Shown here one piece after another: positions 12,168 through 25,006 of a DNA stretch of 64,000 nucleotides (the first letter of the stretch is position 1; every line of letters starts with the position of its first letter). The notes under the pieces are model-generated. The model saw only the letters and a program-made list of their open reading frames with translations. It had not been told where the DNA came from and ran no database searches. This DNA comes from Bilabrum cf. latius. Its lineage: Eukaryota. The stretch spans positions 992,001 to 1,056,000 of the forward strand of contig OZ237751.1 in the NCBI GenBank assembly GCA_965178125.1, given 5' to 3'. Position numbers and translations under genes: made by a program.

Positions 12168-15100
12168 ATGAGCGTGCCCATTTCAGCATCTCAGGGCAAT
12201 ACCCAGGTGAAGCAACCCGCTGGAAACCCAGCACAGACAGGTTTGCCATTCCATCGAGCCATCTTCAAGGAAGCCTTCGAGTAGGACGGCCTGAATGTGT
12301 TAGCAAAAGGTATTGGTCTTGAATTCGTGGTCATGAAGCTGCTTCGAGTGTATTCTGGGGGTGCACTGCCAGTCCTGGTGCTCGGCATGAACGATTCGGC
12401 AGCTGAAGTGCGCCAGGCACTTCGATCGGACGGCCTCCCCGCCGCCGCTCTCCCTAGAGTAGCCAGCAATGAAACTCCAGCGGCAGAGCGCGTGAAGATG
12501 TACGGCCGAGGCGGGTGCATCCTCGTCACGTCACGGATCGCGGTGGTCGATCTCCTGATGCGCCGCATCCTGCCGCATCGCATCGCTGGATTCATCGTCA
12601 TGGACGCCCACAGGGTGCACGCATCGTCCTTGGATGCGTTTGCGCTGCACATCTACCGGCGCAACTACACGCGCAGCGGCTTTGTGAAGGCATTCACGGA
12701 CGACGCCGAGTCGGTGGTGGCGGGGTACGGCCGGCTGGAGCAGACGATGCGAGCCCTGCAGGTGCGGCGCCTGCGCCTGTGGCCGCGCTTCCACGCACTG
12801 GTGCGAAGGGATTTCGACGCGTGTTCCCCGGAGGTGGTGGAGCTGCTGCAGCCGCTGGGCCCCTAGGTGTCCACTGTGCAGTCCTCCGCGCTGGCCGCCA
12901 TGGGGGCCTGCCTGGAGGAGCTGAGGAGGGACGCGAGGGTCGAGGTGGACGATGCCACGCTGGAGAGAGGGATCCTGGAGAGCTTCGACAGGCAGCTGAG
13001 GAGGCAGCTAGACCCTGTGTGGAACAGGGTCAGGGATACGACCAAGCAGGTGCTGGAGGACATCAGGCAGCTCAGGAAGCTGCTCTTCTTCGCCCTCAGA
13101 TACGACCCCGCGACCCTGCTGACGTACCTCGACAGCATGCGCGCCGCCAGTGCCACCACACAGAAGGCACAGAGCCTGTGGCTGCACACGGACGCGGCAG
13201 ACAGCATGTACAAGGCTGCCAAGGAGCGGCTATACACGGTGGAGCGGGTGCAGGGGGGCGAGAGGGGGGCAAGGAGGGCCAGGGAACAAGGGGCCGTGGT
13301 GGTGACCAGCGGGGGCCCCTCCGCGGGCCAGATTGGCCACCCACCGCTGCAGCACTGGGCGCTCAGGGTGCGGCTGGAGGGGCCTCCCAAGTGGGTGCTG
13401 CTGCTCGAGGTGCTGCAGGAGGCAGTGCAGGACCACGCACAGGCGTTCGGCGGGGGAGGGGTGGAGGCGGGGAGCAGTGAAGGTAGCCCATCTCGCACTG
13501 CCCGTTAGGCTCCGTCTGCACCTGCCCTACCGGCCGGGTGGGGCATCCCTGGGATATGGCGAGAGCCCCTATCGGGCAGTGCTATCGTGGTGTTCGTGCG
13601 GGACGAGCAGACGGCGGCCCAGGTGGAGGAGGTGCTCGTGAGGGGGCCCCGAGCCGTGCTTGAGGACCAGCTGCTGGCCTTTTTGCTCCGGAATGCAGAG
13701 GCCACAAGGGACTTGAGGGCTCGGTTCAAGCAGTCGCAGGAGAGGAGGCACGCGGTTGACAAGGCAGGGGGCACTGCAGGGGGGCAGCCGCAGGGGAGTG
13801 GTACTGCGGCTGCAGGGCCCAAGCAGTCATCCGCTTCGTCTTCATCTGCGGGTGCCTCGTCCGCAGGCTTGTCCAGTGCATCGATTCAGCCCCCATCCAG
13901 CACTGGGGGCGCAGCTGCTGCGGCGGCATCTGCCAAGGCGGGGGCGGGCGCTGCACCGTCAGCAGCACCAGACCTCGATGACAGCTCCGTGTTCGTCCCC
14001 GCAGAGCAGAGGCTCCTGTGGAAACTGACTGCCCGCATGCTGAGAGACAGACGGGCGGCATTCGCCAGGGAACAAGAAGGATCCAGGGAACAAGCGGGTG
14101 GTGCCGGTGGATCGAGAGCAAGGGCAAGGGGCCTGGAGGGCGGTGCCAACAGATCGTCGAGGCAGGTATCGCGTGCATCTGGGGGCCGTGCATCTGAGGC
14201 TGCTTCGGGAGCGTCCAGTCTCGCGGGGTCTCCTTCTCGGCTGGAGGCAGCGGGCGAGGCGCAGCTTGGACAGCGGCTGCATCGTGCAGTGGAGGGGCTG
14301 GTGCAGGACTCGCTGGGCGAGGAGGCTGCCAGGAGGAGGGTGGCGCGGCGGAGGGCCCGCAGGAGGGGGGCAGGAGGAGGGGCCACTAGGCAGAGGGCAA
14401 GGAAGGGCGCCACCATGGCAGGCTCTAGCGATAGTGAGGATGACGAAGATGAGGATGAGGATGGAGGTGAATTGGGGAGCAGCACGGCCACATCAGATCA
14501 ACCCCCCGAGATGCCGCAGGAGGCTACGGGCAAGGAGAAGCAGGAAGGGGCCAAGATGGACCGCAATGAGGCTGGCTCACGCACCCCCAGTGCCAAGCGT
14601 AGAAGAGTGCAGCAGCAGCCAGAAGAAGAAGAGGCTGGTACGGGCCAAGAGGCAAGGGCTAAGGCCGCGACACCGGCGACGGACTCGCGGCCTATGGGGC
14701 CTTCCAGCCAGGGCCAGTCCCAGTCCCACGTGTCTCTGTCCAGCGGAGGTTCTCTATCCTCCTCCTCTTCATCGTCATCTTCGTCATCCTTCGACAGCGA
14801 GGTGGAGCTGGAGACAGGGGCCAGCGCATCAGGTGCCGGTGATGAAGCTGCAGGGCAGGCCGCGGACGACTCGATCCGTGGGCGGGCGCAGGCACTGTGG
14901 CGGGCCATGAAGCGGACCTGCCTGCCCCGCATGCACGTGGTGGTGTAGCCGCTGTCTTCATGCCAGGACAGGCACCAGCTGCTGCAGGACCTGCGGCCCG
15001 TGTTCATTGTGGCGTACGACCCCGAGCCCAGGCTCACCAGGGAGATAGAGGTATACAAGGCGCAGCACGCCAGGGAACAGCCGGTGCGGGCGTACTTCCT

Positions 15101-16373
15101 GCAGTACGACCGCAGCGCCGAGCAGCAGCGCTACCTGGCACAGCTAAAGGCGGAGAGAGAGGCGTTCGAGAGGCTCATTCAGAGCAAGGCCACGCTGTCC
15201 CTGCCCCAGTCCGTGAGCGCGCTGGATGAGGCCACCGTCGCGGGGCGGGCGGTGTTTCGGCGCGGGGTGGACGGCTGGGGCATCTCGGTGGAGGACGATT
15301 CGAGGCGCAGCGGGGGAGGGGGGATGGCTGGCGCGCTGGCCAGTCTGACCAGGGGGGGGCTGTCCGACGCTGGAGGGGCCATGTCGGGGGTCAAGGACCG
15401 TGGCAGGCGGCACATTGTGGTGGACATGCGCGAGTTCCGGTCCCGGCTGCCCTCTCTGCTGTACCAGTCCGGGTGCGAGGTGGTGCCTGTTACGCTGGAG
15501 GTGGGTGACTACGTGCTGTCGCCCGACCTGGTGGTGGAGAGGAAGAGCCTGTCGGATCTGTTCGGGTCCATGCGCAGCGGCAGGCTCTACCAGCAGGCTC
15601 AGGCCATGACTCGCCACTATGCCCGCGCAGCTCTCCTAATCGAGTTCGACGAGAAGAGAGCCTTCAGTCTGCGAGCCACCAACGAGGTATCCAGGGAGAT
15701 CCAGCAGCATTCCATCCTGTCGAGGCTGGTGCTGCTGACCCTGCACTTCCCCACGCTGAGCATACTGTGGGCGCGCTCCCCACACGCCTCGGTGGACCTC
15801 TTCCTCGCCCTCAAGCAGTCTGCAGAGGAGCCCAGCGCGGCCCACGCGGCGGGTGTCGGTATCGAGGAGGGTCAGGCGGCGCGGCAGGCGCAGGCCAGGG
15901 GGCGGAGGGCGGGCGCGATCGCTGCCGAGAGGCTGGCAGACTCTGTGGGCGGGGATGATGAAGGGGGTGGTGGTAGGAATGGGGCTGGGGCGGAATAGGG
16001 GGCGGCGTCATCGGGTGCTGGCGATGGGGCCTCCTCGGGCGCTGCAGCACCAGGCAGCGGAGTGGATGTAGCCGTTGAAGGAAGGGCTCCCGATCAGGGG
16101 GATGTGGAGGTCGAGGTGGAGCCCAACACGGCAGGGGTTGAGATCCTTCGCCAGCTGCCCGGCGTGACTCCAACCAACCTGCCCATGCTGCTGGACGCCG
16201 TTAGCTCGCTTCGTGAGCTGGCCGACATGAGCCTGGACCAGTTGCAGGGAGTCATTGCCAAGGCCAATGCCAAGCAGCTCTTCCATTTCCTGCACCACAC
16301 GGGCATGCGGAAGGCAGTCGCATCGCAGGGGAAGAGGGGGGCGGGCGGTGGCAGGGCAGCTGGAGGCAGGTGA
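12168..16373 (+). CDS. ERCC4: DNA repair endonuclease XPF (ERCC4/Rad1); TAG at 12282, 12864, 13506, 14946, 15996; TGA stop
   Basis: DGLNVLAKGIGL, VTSRIAVVDLL, GFVKAFTD, LWPRFH, PKWVLL, nuclease VVDMREFRSRLP..TLEVGDYVLSPDLVVERKSLSDL..GRLYQQ, and HhH LRQLPGV, all in one frame. Confidence 0.95.
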
Positions 16374-16574
16374 CTGCGGCTGTTCGTTGTATCTGTCACA
16401 CAAAAAGGCACTTTCCACTTTTCATTAAGCCGAGATACGCAATCACTTACTCGTTCGGTCGCCCACGCCCAATCGCTTCCAATCGGATTCGAAGCACGTC
16501 TATTCGATCCCAGACAGCCCAAGCCCAACCTGCAGCTGCATCGATCCAATCACCCCACCTCACCTCACTCCACC

Positions 16575-17557
16575 TCACCACCCGATCCAGCTGAGCACGC
16601 TGTCCACGATGCCCTCCTGCTGCGGGGGGGCCTCCTTGCCCGCCTTCTCTGCCCTGCGCCTGGCCAGCCTGGCCTCCACCGTCTCTGTCCTCATCTTCTC
16701 CGCCACCGCGCCCTCCCCAAACACCTCCTCCTCGTCCTCGTCGTCCAGGTACACGGCCTGGTCCAGCGCAGCCAGGGGCTCCCTGGCCCCCTCCCCCAGC
16801 TGCTCGGCATGCACCTCCCGCACGCGGTTGATAGCCTCCATCAGCGCCGGCCGGAGCTCACCCTCGCTGTGGGAGAAGACCACCACTCTCCTGTTCTTGG
16901 GGTCCATCGTCACGGACGTGACGCCGCTCACGAGAAGCAGGGCGTGCGTGTAGGCGTCGTTCAGCTCCCTGTCGCCCATCTGACCCGTCAGGTCGATCGT
17001 GATCGTGCGGGGCGCGCGCCGGGCAGAGTCACCGGAGCGAGAGGAAGATCCTGCACCGGACGCGGCGGAAGCTCCCGCGGCCGGCTTAGCCACGGACGGC
17101 GGGCTCGTTGCGGAGGAGGCCCCGTCCGCTTTGCTCCCTTCCGTCACGCCCAGCTTTTCCAAAATGCTCTCTGCCAAATAGCTTTCGGCGTCGTTGTTCT
17201 CCGCCAGTACCTGCAAGTAGTCTATCAACGCTGGGCTCTGCTCCTGGATTTTCTCCAGGCACTTGGGATGCGAAGCCAACTGCCTGACCGCTTCCAGCGC
17301 GCACTGGCGATGCCGGTCCTCTGCCTCTTCGTTCATGATCTCATTCGCTATTCCAGGAAGCATACCTGTCATCGATGATAAAGGTGGTAGAACTAGCTGG
17401 TAGAGAAGCGTACAGGCATGGAGAATCGTAACAGGCCACGCCGCTACTAAGAATGAAAGCTGTCCATGCAGGATTACACCTCACCCTTGGACAGAACTAC
17501 CTCGTGACATGATGGATCCTACACTAATGCTAGCAAACGCTCAATGAAATGCGCCAT
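16575..17557 (-). CDS. ARMC1: ARMC1-like armadillo/HMA-like domain protein; intron 17366-17484; TAG at 17519
   Basis: Spliced N-terminus MAHFIERLLALV[Q]DPSCHEVVLSKGMLPGI, HMA-like LLVSGVTSVTMDPKNRRVVV, acidic YLDDEDEE and C-terminal Trp resemble ARMC1. Confidence 0.65.
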
Positions 17558-17922
17558 ATCTACGTTTGATGCCCTTGTGGTACGTGAGGAAGGATTGGCC
17601 TTTGCCCAACGGACGTCAATCCGACGGGTACACGCAACAAACATTTTAATCAGACGCAAGTGCGTGCATCCCGAGCGAAGCCCTGGCTTGAGCAAAGCAA
17701 ATCGACCCGTGCGTTTCAGTCAAAACAAAATAAAATCATGGCATACTGACATTCCATGCGCCCGAACACGCATCATCGTGCCTGCACGTCAGACCCGCTC
17801 GCCCACATTGCCGCCATCTCTAAAAACTATGTAACACATCGCATTGGTTGCGCATCCTCCTGGACAAGGGAGAGCCGAGCCGAGCCGAGCCGAACGGTAC
17901 ATCCTTTCGAATCTCTCCGAAA

Positions 17923-20900
17923 TCAGCCTACGGTGCAGCAGCCTGGCCCGCTCCTCGCCGAGGTCGTGCTCCTGCCCTCGCCCGCGGGCTGCTTCTCCTC
18001 CTGCTCGTCCTCGCTGTCCTCTGGCGCATCCATCACGCCCCGCGGCCTGTCCCCCTCAGCCGCGGGGCCCCGCCGAAAATCCCCACCGCCCGACGGCTCC
18101 TTGCCCGAGTCCGTCCTGTCACCCCCCCTGCCCCTGGCGCTCCGCTTGCCGCCATGGTGACCCACGCCCACGTCCCCGGGATCCCGCTCGCTCCGCTGCG
18201 ACATTGCCCCGCCCAGCGCCTGGCGCTGCGCCTCATCGCTAAAGTCCATCTGCTTGCGGCCGCCGGCGCCGCGACCGGTGCTGGGACCCCCGATCAGCGT
18301 ACCCCCCGGGGTCTTGGGGACGCTCCGGATCCCCCCCGCGTTGCTGAACCTCCTCGTCCTCTTGCTCGTGCTCTTGCGGCGGCCCCCCTCCTCGCCCGAG
18401 CTGGAGCGGTCCATCCTAGCCCCACCGCTGGCCGCGGCGAGGCGGCCTGCAGGCGTCCTGGGGGCGGCCATCACGTGCAGCACGCCCTGCCCGTCCGAGG
18501 TCTCCGCCCTTGAGTGCGCCCTCGAGTGCGCCCTAAAGTGCATGGAGGCCTGGGAGCGGCCGTCCGAGTCATCGTGTCCGTCCCTGCTCCCGTTGCTCGA
18601 GGAATGCCTGGAGAACACGGACATGCGCCGCGGGTGGCCCATAGCACCGGGGCCGCCCGTGGCATCGCTGTCGTCCCGATCGTGGTGCGACATGTAGTTC
18701 CCCGCCTCCAGCATCATGGCAGCTCCGGAGGCAGGGCCAGCCGCCTCGGACCGAGCCGAGCTGGAGGACAGCCCGCGCGGGAAGGCCCTGTACTGTTCCC
18801 CAGAGGAGCTATGCCCCCCCGCGCCGCCCCACTGGTTCCCGCCCCGCGCACCCGAACCGCCCACGGGCCGGCGCACGCCAAGGCTGTCCCCGCCCGACTG
18901 GTCCCTGTGACGAGTGCCCAGGCTGCCAGACCCGTTGCCGCTCCCCCCCCTCGGTGGCGGGGTGGGCCGTGCCCCTGGCCTGCCGGGCACGTTGGGCCCG
19001 AGCCCCCTCCGGCCGTCCACGGCCTCCCTGGCCGCAGCGATGGTCGCGGCCGCGGTGGTGCCCGGCCCGCCCATGCCGGCCCCAGCCCCCTGGTCGCTGC
19101 CCGCCTCGACCTGCCCCGGTACCCTGGGCCCGGTCCTGAAGCCCTCTCCCGGGCCCGTGGGGGACTGCCAGTGCTGCCTCTGCAGCCCGTCTGAGTCCCC
19201 CCCTATGGGGGTCACCCCCGGGAGCGACCCCGACCCATCGGGGGAAGGCATCGCGCGCACCGGGCCCACGATCCGACGGGCCCCGCTGCTCCTCCGCTGC
19301 CTGCCACCCTCCGTCCCCGGGGAGCTCATCGGGCTCATGAGGCCCCCGCCGGGGCCCGCGTCCGTCACCCTCAGCCTGGTGGGGTCAAATGCCCCCGAGG
19401 AGGGGGCAGCAGCAGCTGTCCCCTCCGGCTCCGGGGGTGCCAGCAGCCTCCTCGCCCTGGCAGGGGGGGAAGCCTTCCACATGGGGAGGTGGGCGTTCCT
19501 CGTGAGCCTCTCCACGAAGCCCTCGGGGGCGCTCATGTGCACGATCCGGAACTTCTGCTCCTCATCGTCAGACATGAAGAAGTACATGGCGGCCCCGCCC
19601 CTGTACTCCAGCTCCTCCATGCCCACCAGGGCCTCGGACCGAGTCCCCGCGTCCTCCGGCCTCTCCGCAATGCCCTGCACGTCCCTCGCCGTCATGCCCT
19701 GCATCAGAGCGTCCACGGACTGACGCCTGTTCCTCTTCTTGCGCACGGGTTGGGGGGCGTGCCTCGCGGCGTCCTCGTCCTCGCTGTCGTCGTCGTGCAT
19801 GTGTGCACCACCGCCGCCCATCTCCTCCCTGTCCGCGCGCTGGGCCAGCACGTGCATGCGATGCACCGCCTCCATCTGCCGGATACGTGGGTCGATGTGG
19901 TAGGTGGCGGCGAAGAGCCTCCTGTCGTCGTCCGTGATCTTCACGCCGGCCATCTTGTCCCTGAGATCACGCTCCTGCTTCCTCAGCTGAGCGGCGGCGT
20001 TGTGGCCCACGATCTTGTCGGGCACCGCGGTGAGATCCACCCTCATGCGGTACTTGGGGGGACAGGGCGGGGGCACGAGGCGGGCCTCCACCAGACCCCA
20101 GTCCATCCCGCGGAAGAACGGGTGCTGCTGGATCTGCTGGAAGCCATCGGGGCCCACGCCCAGGCGCCTGCTCAGGTGCGGGTCCAGCAGAGCGGAGATG
20201 AACTGGGCCGACTCGTCGTCGAAGTACTTGCGGTCGTACCGCACGCTCGCCTCGTACGTCAGCTCGTTGTCCCGCTCCAGGCCCCGGCCCGAGGAGAAGG
20301 GCGACCGTCCGGTCATGAGGGCGTACACGAGGCACCCGAAGGACCACCAGTCCGCGCTCACACCGTAGGGGATGCGGCCCCCCCTGCGGTCCCTCGCGAG
20401 CATCTCCCTGCACCAGTAGGCAGGCGTGCCTGCCCTGCCCTTGTACCACTTGAGGTGCAGCGCGGGCTTGGCCGGGCACAGGCAGTCGATGTGGAAGCGC
20501 ACCGCAGCGTCCTGCACCGGTCCCTCCGGCCCCGCGTCCACGGCCGCCCTCCCCTTCTGCACCGCCTTGATGAGCTCTACGTGCCTGCATCCCATGCAGC
20601 AGGCCGTGCCCTCGGGGTACTTCTCTGGGGCAGCGCACACCACGTCCGTCATGGGCGCGCTCTTGGAGCACGAGTGCAGGAACACGGCGAGACCGTAGTC
20701 CGTGATCTGGCAGTTCCCGCGCTCGTCCAGCAGCACGTTGGAGGCCTTGATGTCTCGGTGGATGATGCCGTTCTCGTGGCTATGGTACAGCCCCAGGGCG
20801 ATCTAAGCAGCGAAGAACCGAGCCGTCTCGCGGTTGAAGCGCTTCTTCTCCTGGGCCAGCAGCAGCCTCTCGAGGTCGCCCCCCCACGCGAGCCGCATGG

Positions 20901-23129
20901 CCATGTGCACCTCGTCGTCTGTCTCGAAGGCATAGTCGATCGAGCACACGAACGGGCTCCGGATCGTGGCCGCACACGCCAGCTCCCTGATGGCGCAGTG
21001 CACGCTGTTCTTGTACTTGAGCAGCCTCTTGCGCATGGACTTGACGGCGTAGAAGACCGCCGTGTCCTTCCGCTTCCACACGCGCACCCGGCCGTAGGAC
21101 CCGGAGCCCAGCACCCCCAGCACGTCGAAGTCCGAGATCGAGACCCGCTCCTTGGGCCCCGGCCGGTTGATGCTCGCCGCGAACGAGGCCGCCGAGGACT
21201 GCCTCGAGGGGCTCGCATCGGCGCTCTTGGCCAGGTCTCGCAGGAAGGCCGGGTAGAAGGCCTCCTGGATGCCTCGCAGCAGCAGGTCCCTCAGCTGCTC
21301 GAAGGGGCCCATGTCGTCCAGGCGGATGATCTTCTTCATCTCAAGGGCCTGCACGAACTCGGCGCTCAGGGCGGAGATGCCCTCATCAGAGAGCTCAGCG
21401 GGGGGGTGGCTGCCCCCACCAGAGGGGTCAGCCCCGGCCGCTACCCCCCCCATGTCTCCCCGCCTGGATGCCCTGGAGGGCGCCACCACCGCCCAGAACT
21501 CCCCCTGGTCGTCGTCCACCTCAGCGTCAGACCCGAACACCACGGGTCCGTCCCCCTTCTTGAGCACGCCGTTCCCCGCGGGGGCGTCCATGTCGGCCAG
21601 TGCCGCGACGGCCTGCCCGATGTCCCCTCCCACGCCCACGGAGCCCTGGGCCCCTGACGCGGTGGATGTGGCGCTGCTCCCCACCGGTGTTCCCTGGGCC
21701 TGGGTGGCGCCCTCGGGCTCGTCGTCGGGTGCCAGTTGTTCCCCCACGGCCATGAGCCGGGCGGCGAGGTCCCTCCCGACCAGCATGCGCATGGCCTGCA
21801 GCACCAGGCGGTCGGCTGCGCGCACGTTGGTCGCGAGTGCGTGTTCCCTGGAGGCCTCCATGGCGGCTTCCGTGGCCGATTCGGACTTGCCCCCGCCGAT
21901 GGCCCCGTCCCGCGTGGCCGTGGCTGCCTGCTGCGAGGAGGCGAGCGCAACGCCGACCGCCCTGGCGATGCGGCGGAGCGGGAAGGAACGGACGATGCCC
22001 ACGGCCCTGCGCGAGCAAAGACAAAAGATAAGGAAGAGGAGGAATCAAGGGCGCGGCTACGGGGTTGGAAATGAGCGCAATGACGGGCAACTTCGCAGCA
22101 GCCGGCACGCTGCGCTGAGCCGGCATTGCGACCGTACCTCCCAGCGACCACAACCGCAGCGGACGCACCCGAAAAGCACGGCCGGTCATGCAAACAGCTT
22201 CGTTTGTATCATTTGCAAGGGCTCTCAATTGAATACGATTGTTGGCATGCCATAGATGGAGCACGCACTGACAGAACACGACTCGGATGCTCCTGTGTTG
22301 GAATTGACGGTGATGCAACCCCCCCGGGGCGACAAGACGTGTAACGAGCGGCAGATCCATCATTCTCACCATCTAGACTTGTGCACGGGATGCGTGATCT
22401 ATCGAATCTGCGAGAGGCAAGACCAGAAGGCGAGCAGGTGTCGATCGGGTGCTTCGTCCTCAACAGCTACATGGCGCGGCCTAAGCCCTCGCAATCATGA
22501 GCGTGCATTGCCCTTTGGCAGCATCAAAGACGCATAAAATGCAATACATGAGCCCCTTGCGTGCCCGGCCTGCTCTGGAGCCACACCACAAGAGCTTGCA
22601 TGCTGCATACCGGCTAGAAGGAGCTTATTTGCAGGCATGAGCATGGCAGCAAGTGTTAGCAACGACAGGATCGTGAAACAACAACTTATATACACAGGTT
22701 TGACCATGTGGTGCCGCACAGGCAAGCCTACAAACGAGCAAACCAGGCCGCGCGAACCGGGCCACTCACTAGAAGCGTCAGGTCTTCGAGCAAAAATGGT
22801 ATCGCATCCAACTTCTTGTACGCCATCCACCTTCGAAAGATGTAATAATGAGGCACTTGCAATTTGGGAGCTCCAACAAACGCTGAACGCGCCAGGGACT
22901 CGAATATGGCAGGAGGCGCAGAGGGACGCCCTGCTCTACCGGGAGCGCCTTGCCCAGCCTGCCCATCTCGCTTCGGCGGAGGTACATAATCAGCATAGTT
23001 CAGGCTAAATTCCCAAACAACAGCTTCAAAGTCATTCTTTGATGGCTGCGAGATGCCATGGTCCCGATGCTCGGGGACGCCCTCTTGCGCATCCAGCCTT
23101 GGGTCGCCATGACCACTCATAGCTGCCAT
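17923..23129 (-). CDS. AGC-family, GRK-like Ser/Thr kinase with putative N-terminal RGS-like region; 5' exon structure uncertain; TAG at 20803; TGA stop
   Basis: FDVLGVLGSGSYGRV, YAVKSMRKRLLKYK, YAFETDDEV, GGDL, ARFFAA[Q]IALGL, IIHRDIKASNVLLD, DYG, KGRAGT, ADWWSFGC, HPFFRGMDW. An RGS-like helix (FEQLRDLLLRGIQEAFYPAF) precedes the kinase domain. Confidence 0.85.
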
Positions 23130-23380
23130 GAATCAAATTTACGAGGGTAAGCAAGTCCTCAGGCAGAACCAATACGTATTTTCACACGAGCGCGCTGGAG
23201 ATTCCGCAATTCTTCGCAGAAACAAGCGCAGTGGCCGAAAAAATGACCGATGCCGTGGTGCGCAGTCGCTCTCGTTTCACTTGGTCGCAAAGAGGCACAA
23301 TACATTTCGATCGGAGCGCCTAGGAGAGTTTTGCGCCCTGATTGTGAATATTGGCTACATTTGGCTTTTGGAAGCTCAAT

Positions 23381-24874
23381 ATGCCCCTTCAGAATACTGA
23401 GTGCCTGGTTCCAATCAGCGATGTTGGATTTTTCCCCGCCAAGCTTGTGCATCCAGCCGAGCGGCTCATAGTACAAGTCGCTTCAGGCGAGGATTGGCTT
23501 TGCAGGTGGCAGTTGACCAAGTAGCAGGGATAGAATGAAAGTGTGACATGGGAAAGTCCGCCCAGTTACGGAATTATGCACGAAGATATGCCAAGCAACC
23601 GAGCATCCGCAGACGCGTAGCCCCGGCGAAGATAGAAGACCTCAGCTGAGCGCCGGAAGAAATTTCGGGACGCTCTTGCAGGCTACAGTAAAGAATAGAC
23701 CAGTAGTCATGAACACGAAAGTGTCGGCATCCCCTAGAAGCAACAAATGGGGCTGGGCACACCGCTTGGATTTGCCGCCAAAGGCGTCTCGGCCGACCAG
23801 CTTGAGGCATTCAAAGAAAGGCTGCAGCAAGCGGGTGGGCACGAAAGTAATACTCGTGATATACGGGATGTCGGTGGTCTGGTGGCGGCTGCCCCCCCTG
23901 GCGTGGACGTGGTGGAAGTGGGCCCGGGCAGGCACGTCCTCAGGTCCAAGGGTGACGCTAGATCTACCGCTGGCGGTGTGACGAGTGATCCTCTCCCCTA
24001 GTAGGCCGGTGGCGAAGAAAACGACGAGATCGTGGAGATCCGAGAGACGGAGGAGCAGGCCACCATCCAGGGAACAAGGGGCGGGCGGGGCCGGGCGGGA
24101 CAGGGATCAGGAGGCCATGCCATCGCCGCCGCTGGTCACCCAACAATGGGGGCCACTGGCAGTGGTGAAAGCAAACGCAGCGACGAACAATAGGTTCTGC
24201 AACCACTGCCAGCAGGGGCCGCCGCGTCGTCCCCTGACCCGCCCCTACCATCGGCATCGGCACCGGCATCGGCACATGCCTCTGCCCTGTCCAGCCGTTT
24301 GGACGCGCTGGAGGCAGCAGAGGAGAGGGCTAGGGCAGCAGCGGGAGGGGCAGGGACTGCAGAGTGGGACGCATCGCTGCTGGACCTGGACCAGGAGAGG
24401 AGGCGGGCCAGGGCCAGGGAACTAGAGGGAGCGCAGCGGTGGGCTGAGCGGGTGCTGAAGCAAGGGGGCGGTGTGACGAGTGAGGCAGGTGCAGTGGGTC
24501 CGGCCCATGGGACGTAGCGACGTGTACCAGGTACTTTAGCGCCCGCCCGAGAACCAGCATCAAATGCAGCACCAGTTGCAGCACCGGCACCAGCTTCTGC
24601 CCCGAGCCAGCACAGGCGAAGTGGCAGTGCTGGCGCGTCTTTGGTGCAGGCACCGAGTTTGCCCGCAAGTGTGACGAGTGAGCACGCAGCACCCCGTCCC
24701 CGGTCGCGTCCCCGGTCCATCATCGGGGACGTGGTGGAGAGGAGACCGGTTGCAACCGCGGTGCCGCTAGGGGCAGAGGGTAGTCCCAGCGGCGCTGCGG
24801 CTTTAGGGGCCGGGGCGCCGCGCATGTCCAAGTTCCGCGCGGCTCGGCTGGCGAGGCAGCAGGGCCGCGGGTGA
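23381..24874 (+). CDS. URI1: Unconventional prefoldin RPB5 interactor (URI/Bud27)-like protein; 10 in-frame TAG; start uncertain
   Basis: Prefoldin segment ECLVPISDVGFFPAKLVH, IVEIRE motif and C-terminal MSKFRAARL box. TAG at 23522, 23531, 23618, 23633, 23696, 23735, 23999, 24002, 24191, 24515; TGA at 24872. Confidence 0.7.
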
Positions 24875-25006
24875 GGCCAAAAGTAAGGGCGATCGGTGAG
24901 GTATACATTTGCGATGCAGTGTGGTGGATGATGGCGCACTGAGCAGACCTGTGTGAGCAGCTCGATCTGCGTACATTACAGCCAAAGCTTCAAGTGCGCG
25001 TTACTT

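Noticed and set aside
19489-21657. Long antisense ORFs (also 52863-54467, 55640-57196, 32952-34559)
   Set aside because: They are shadows of GC3-rich genes on the opposite strand and have no motifs of their own.
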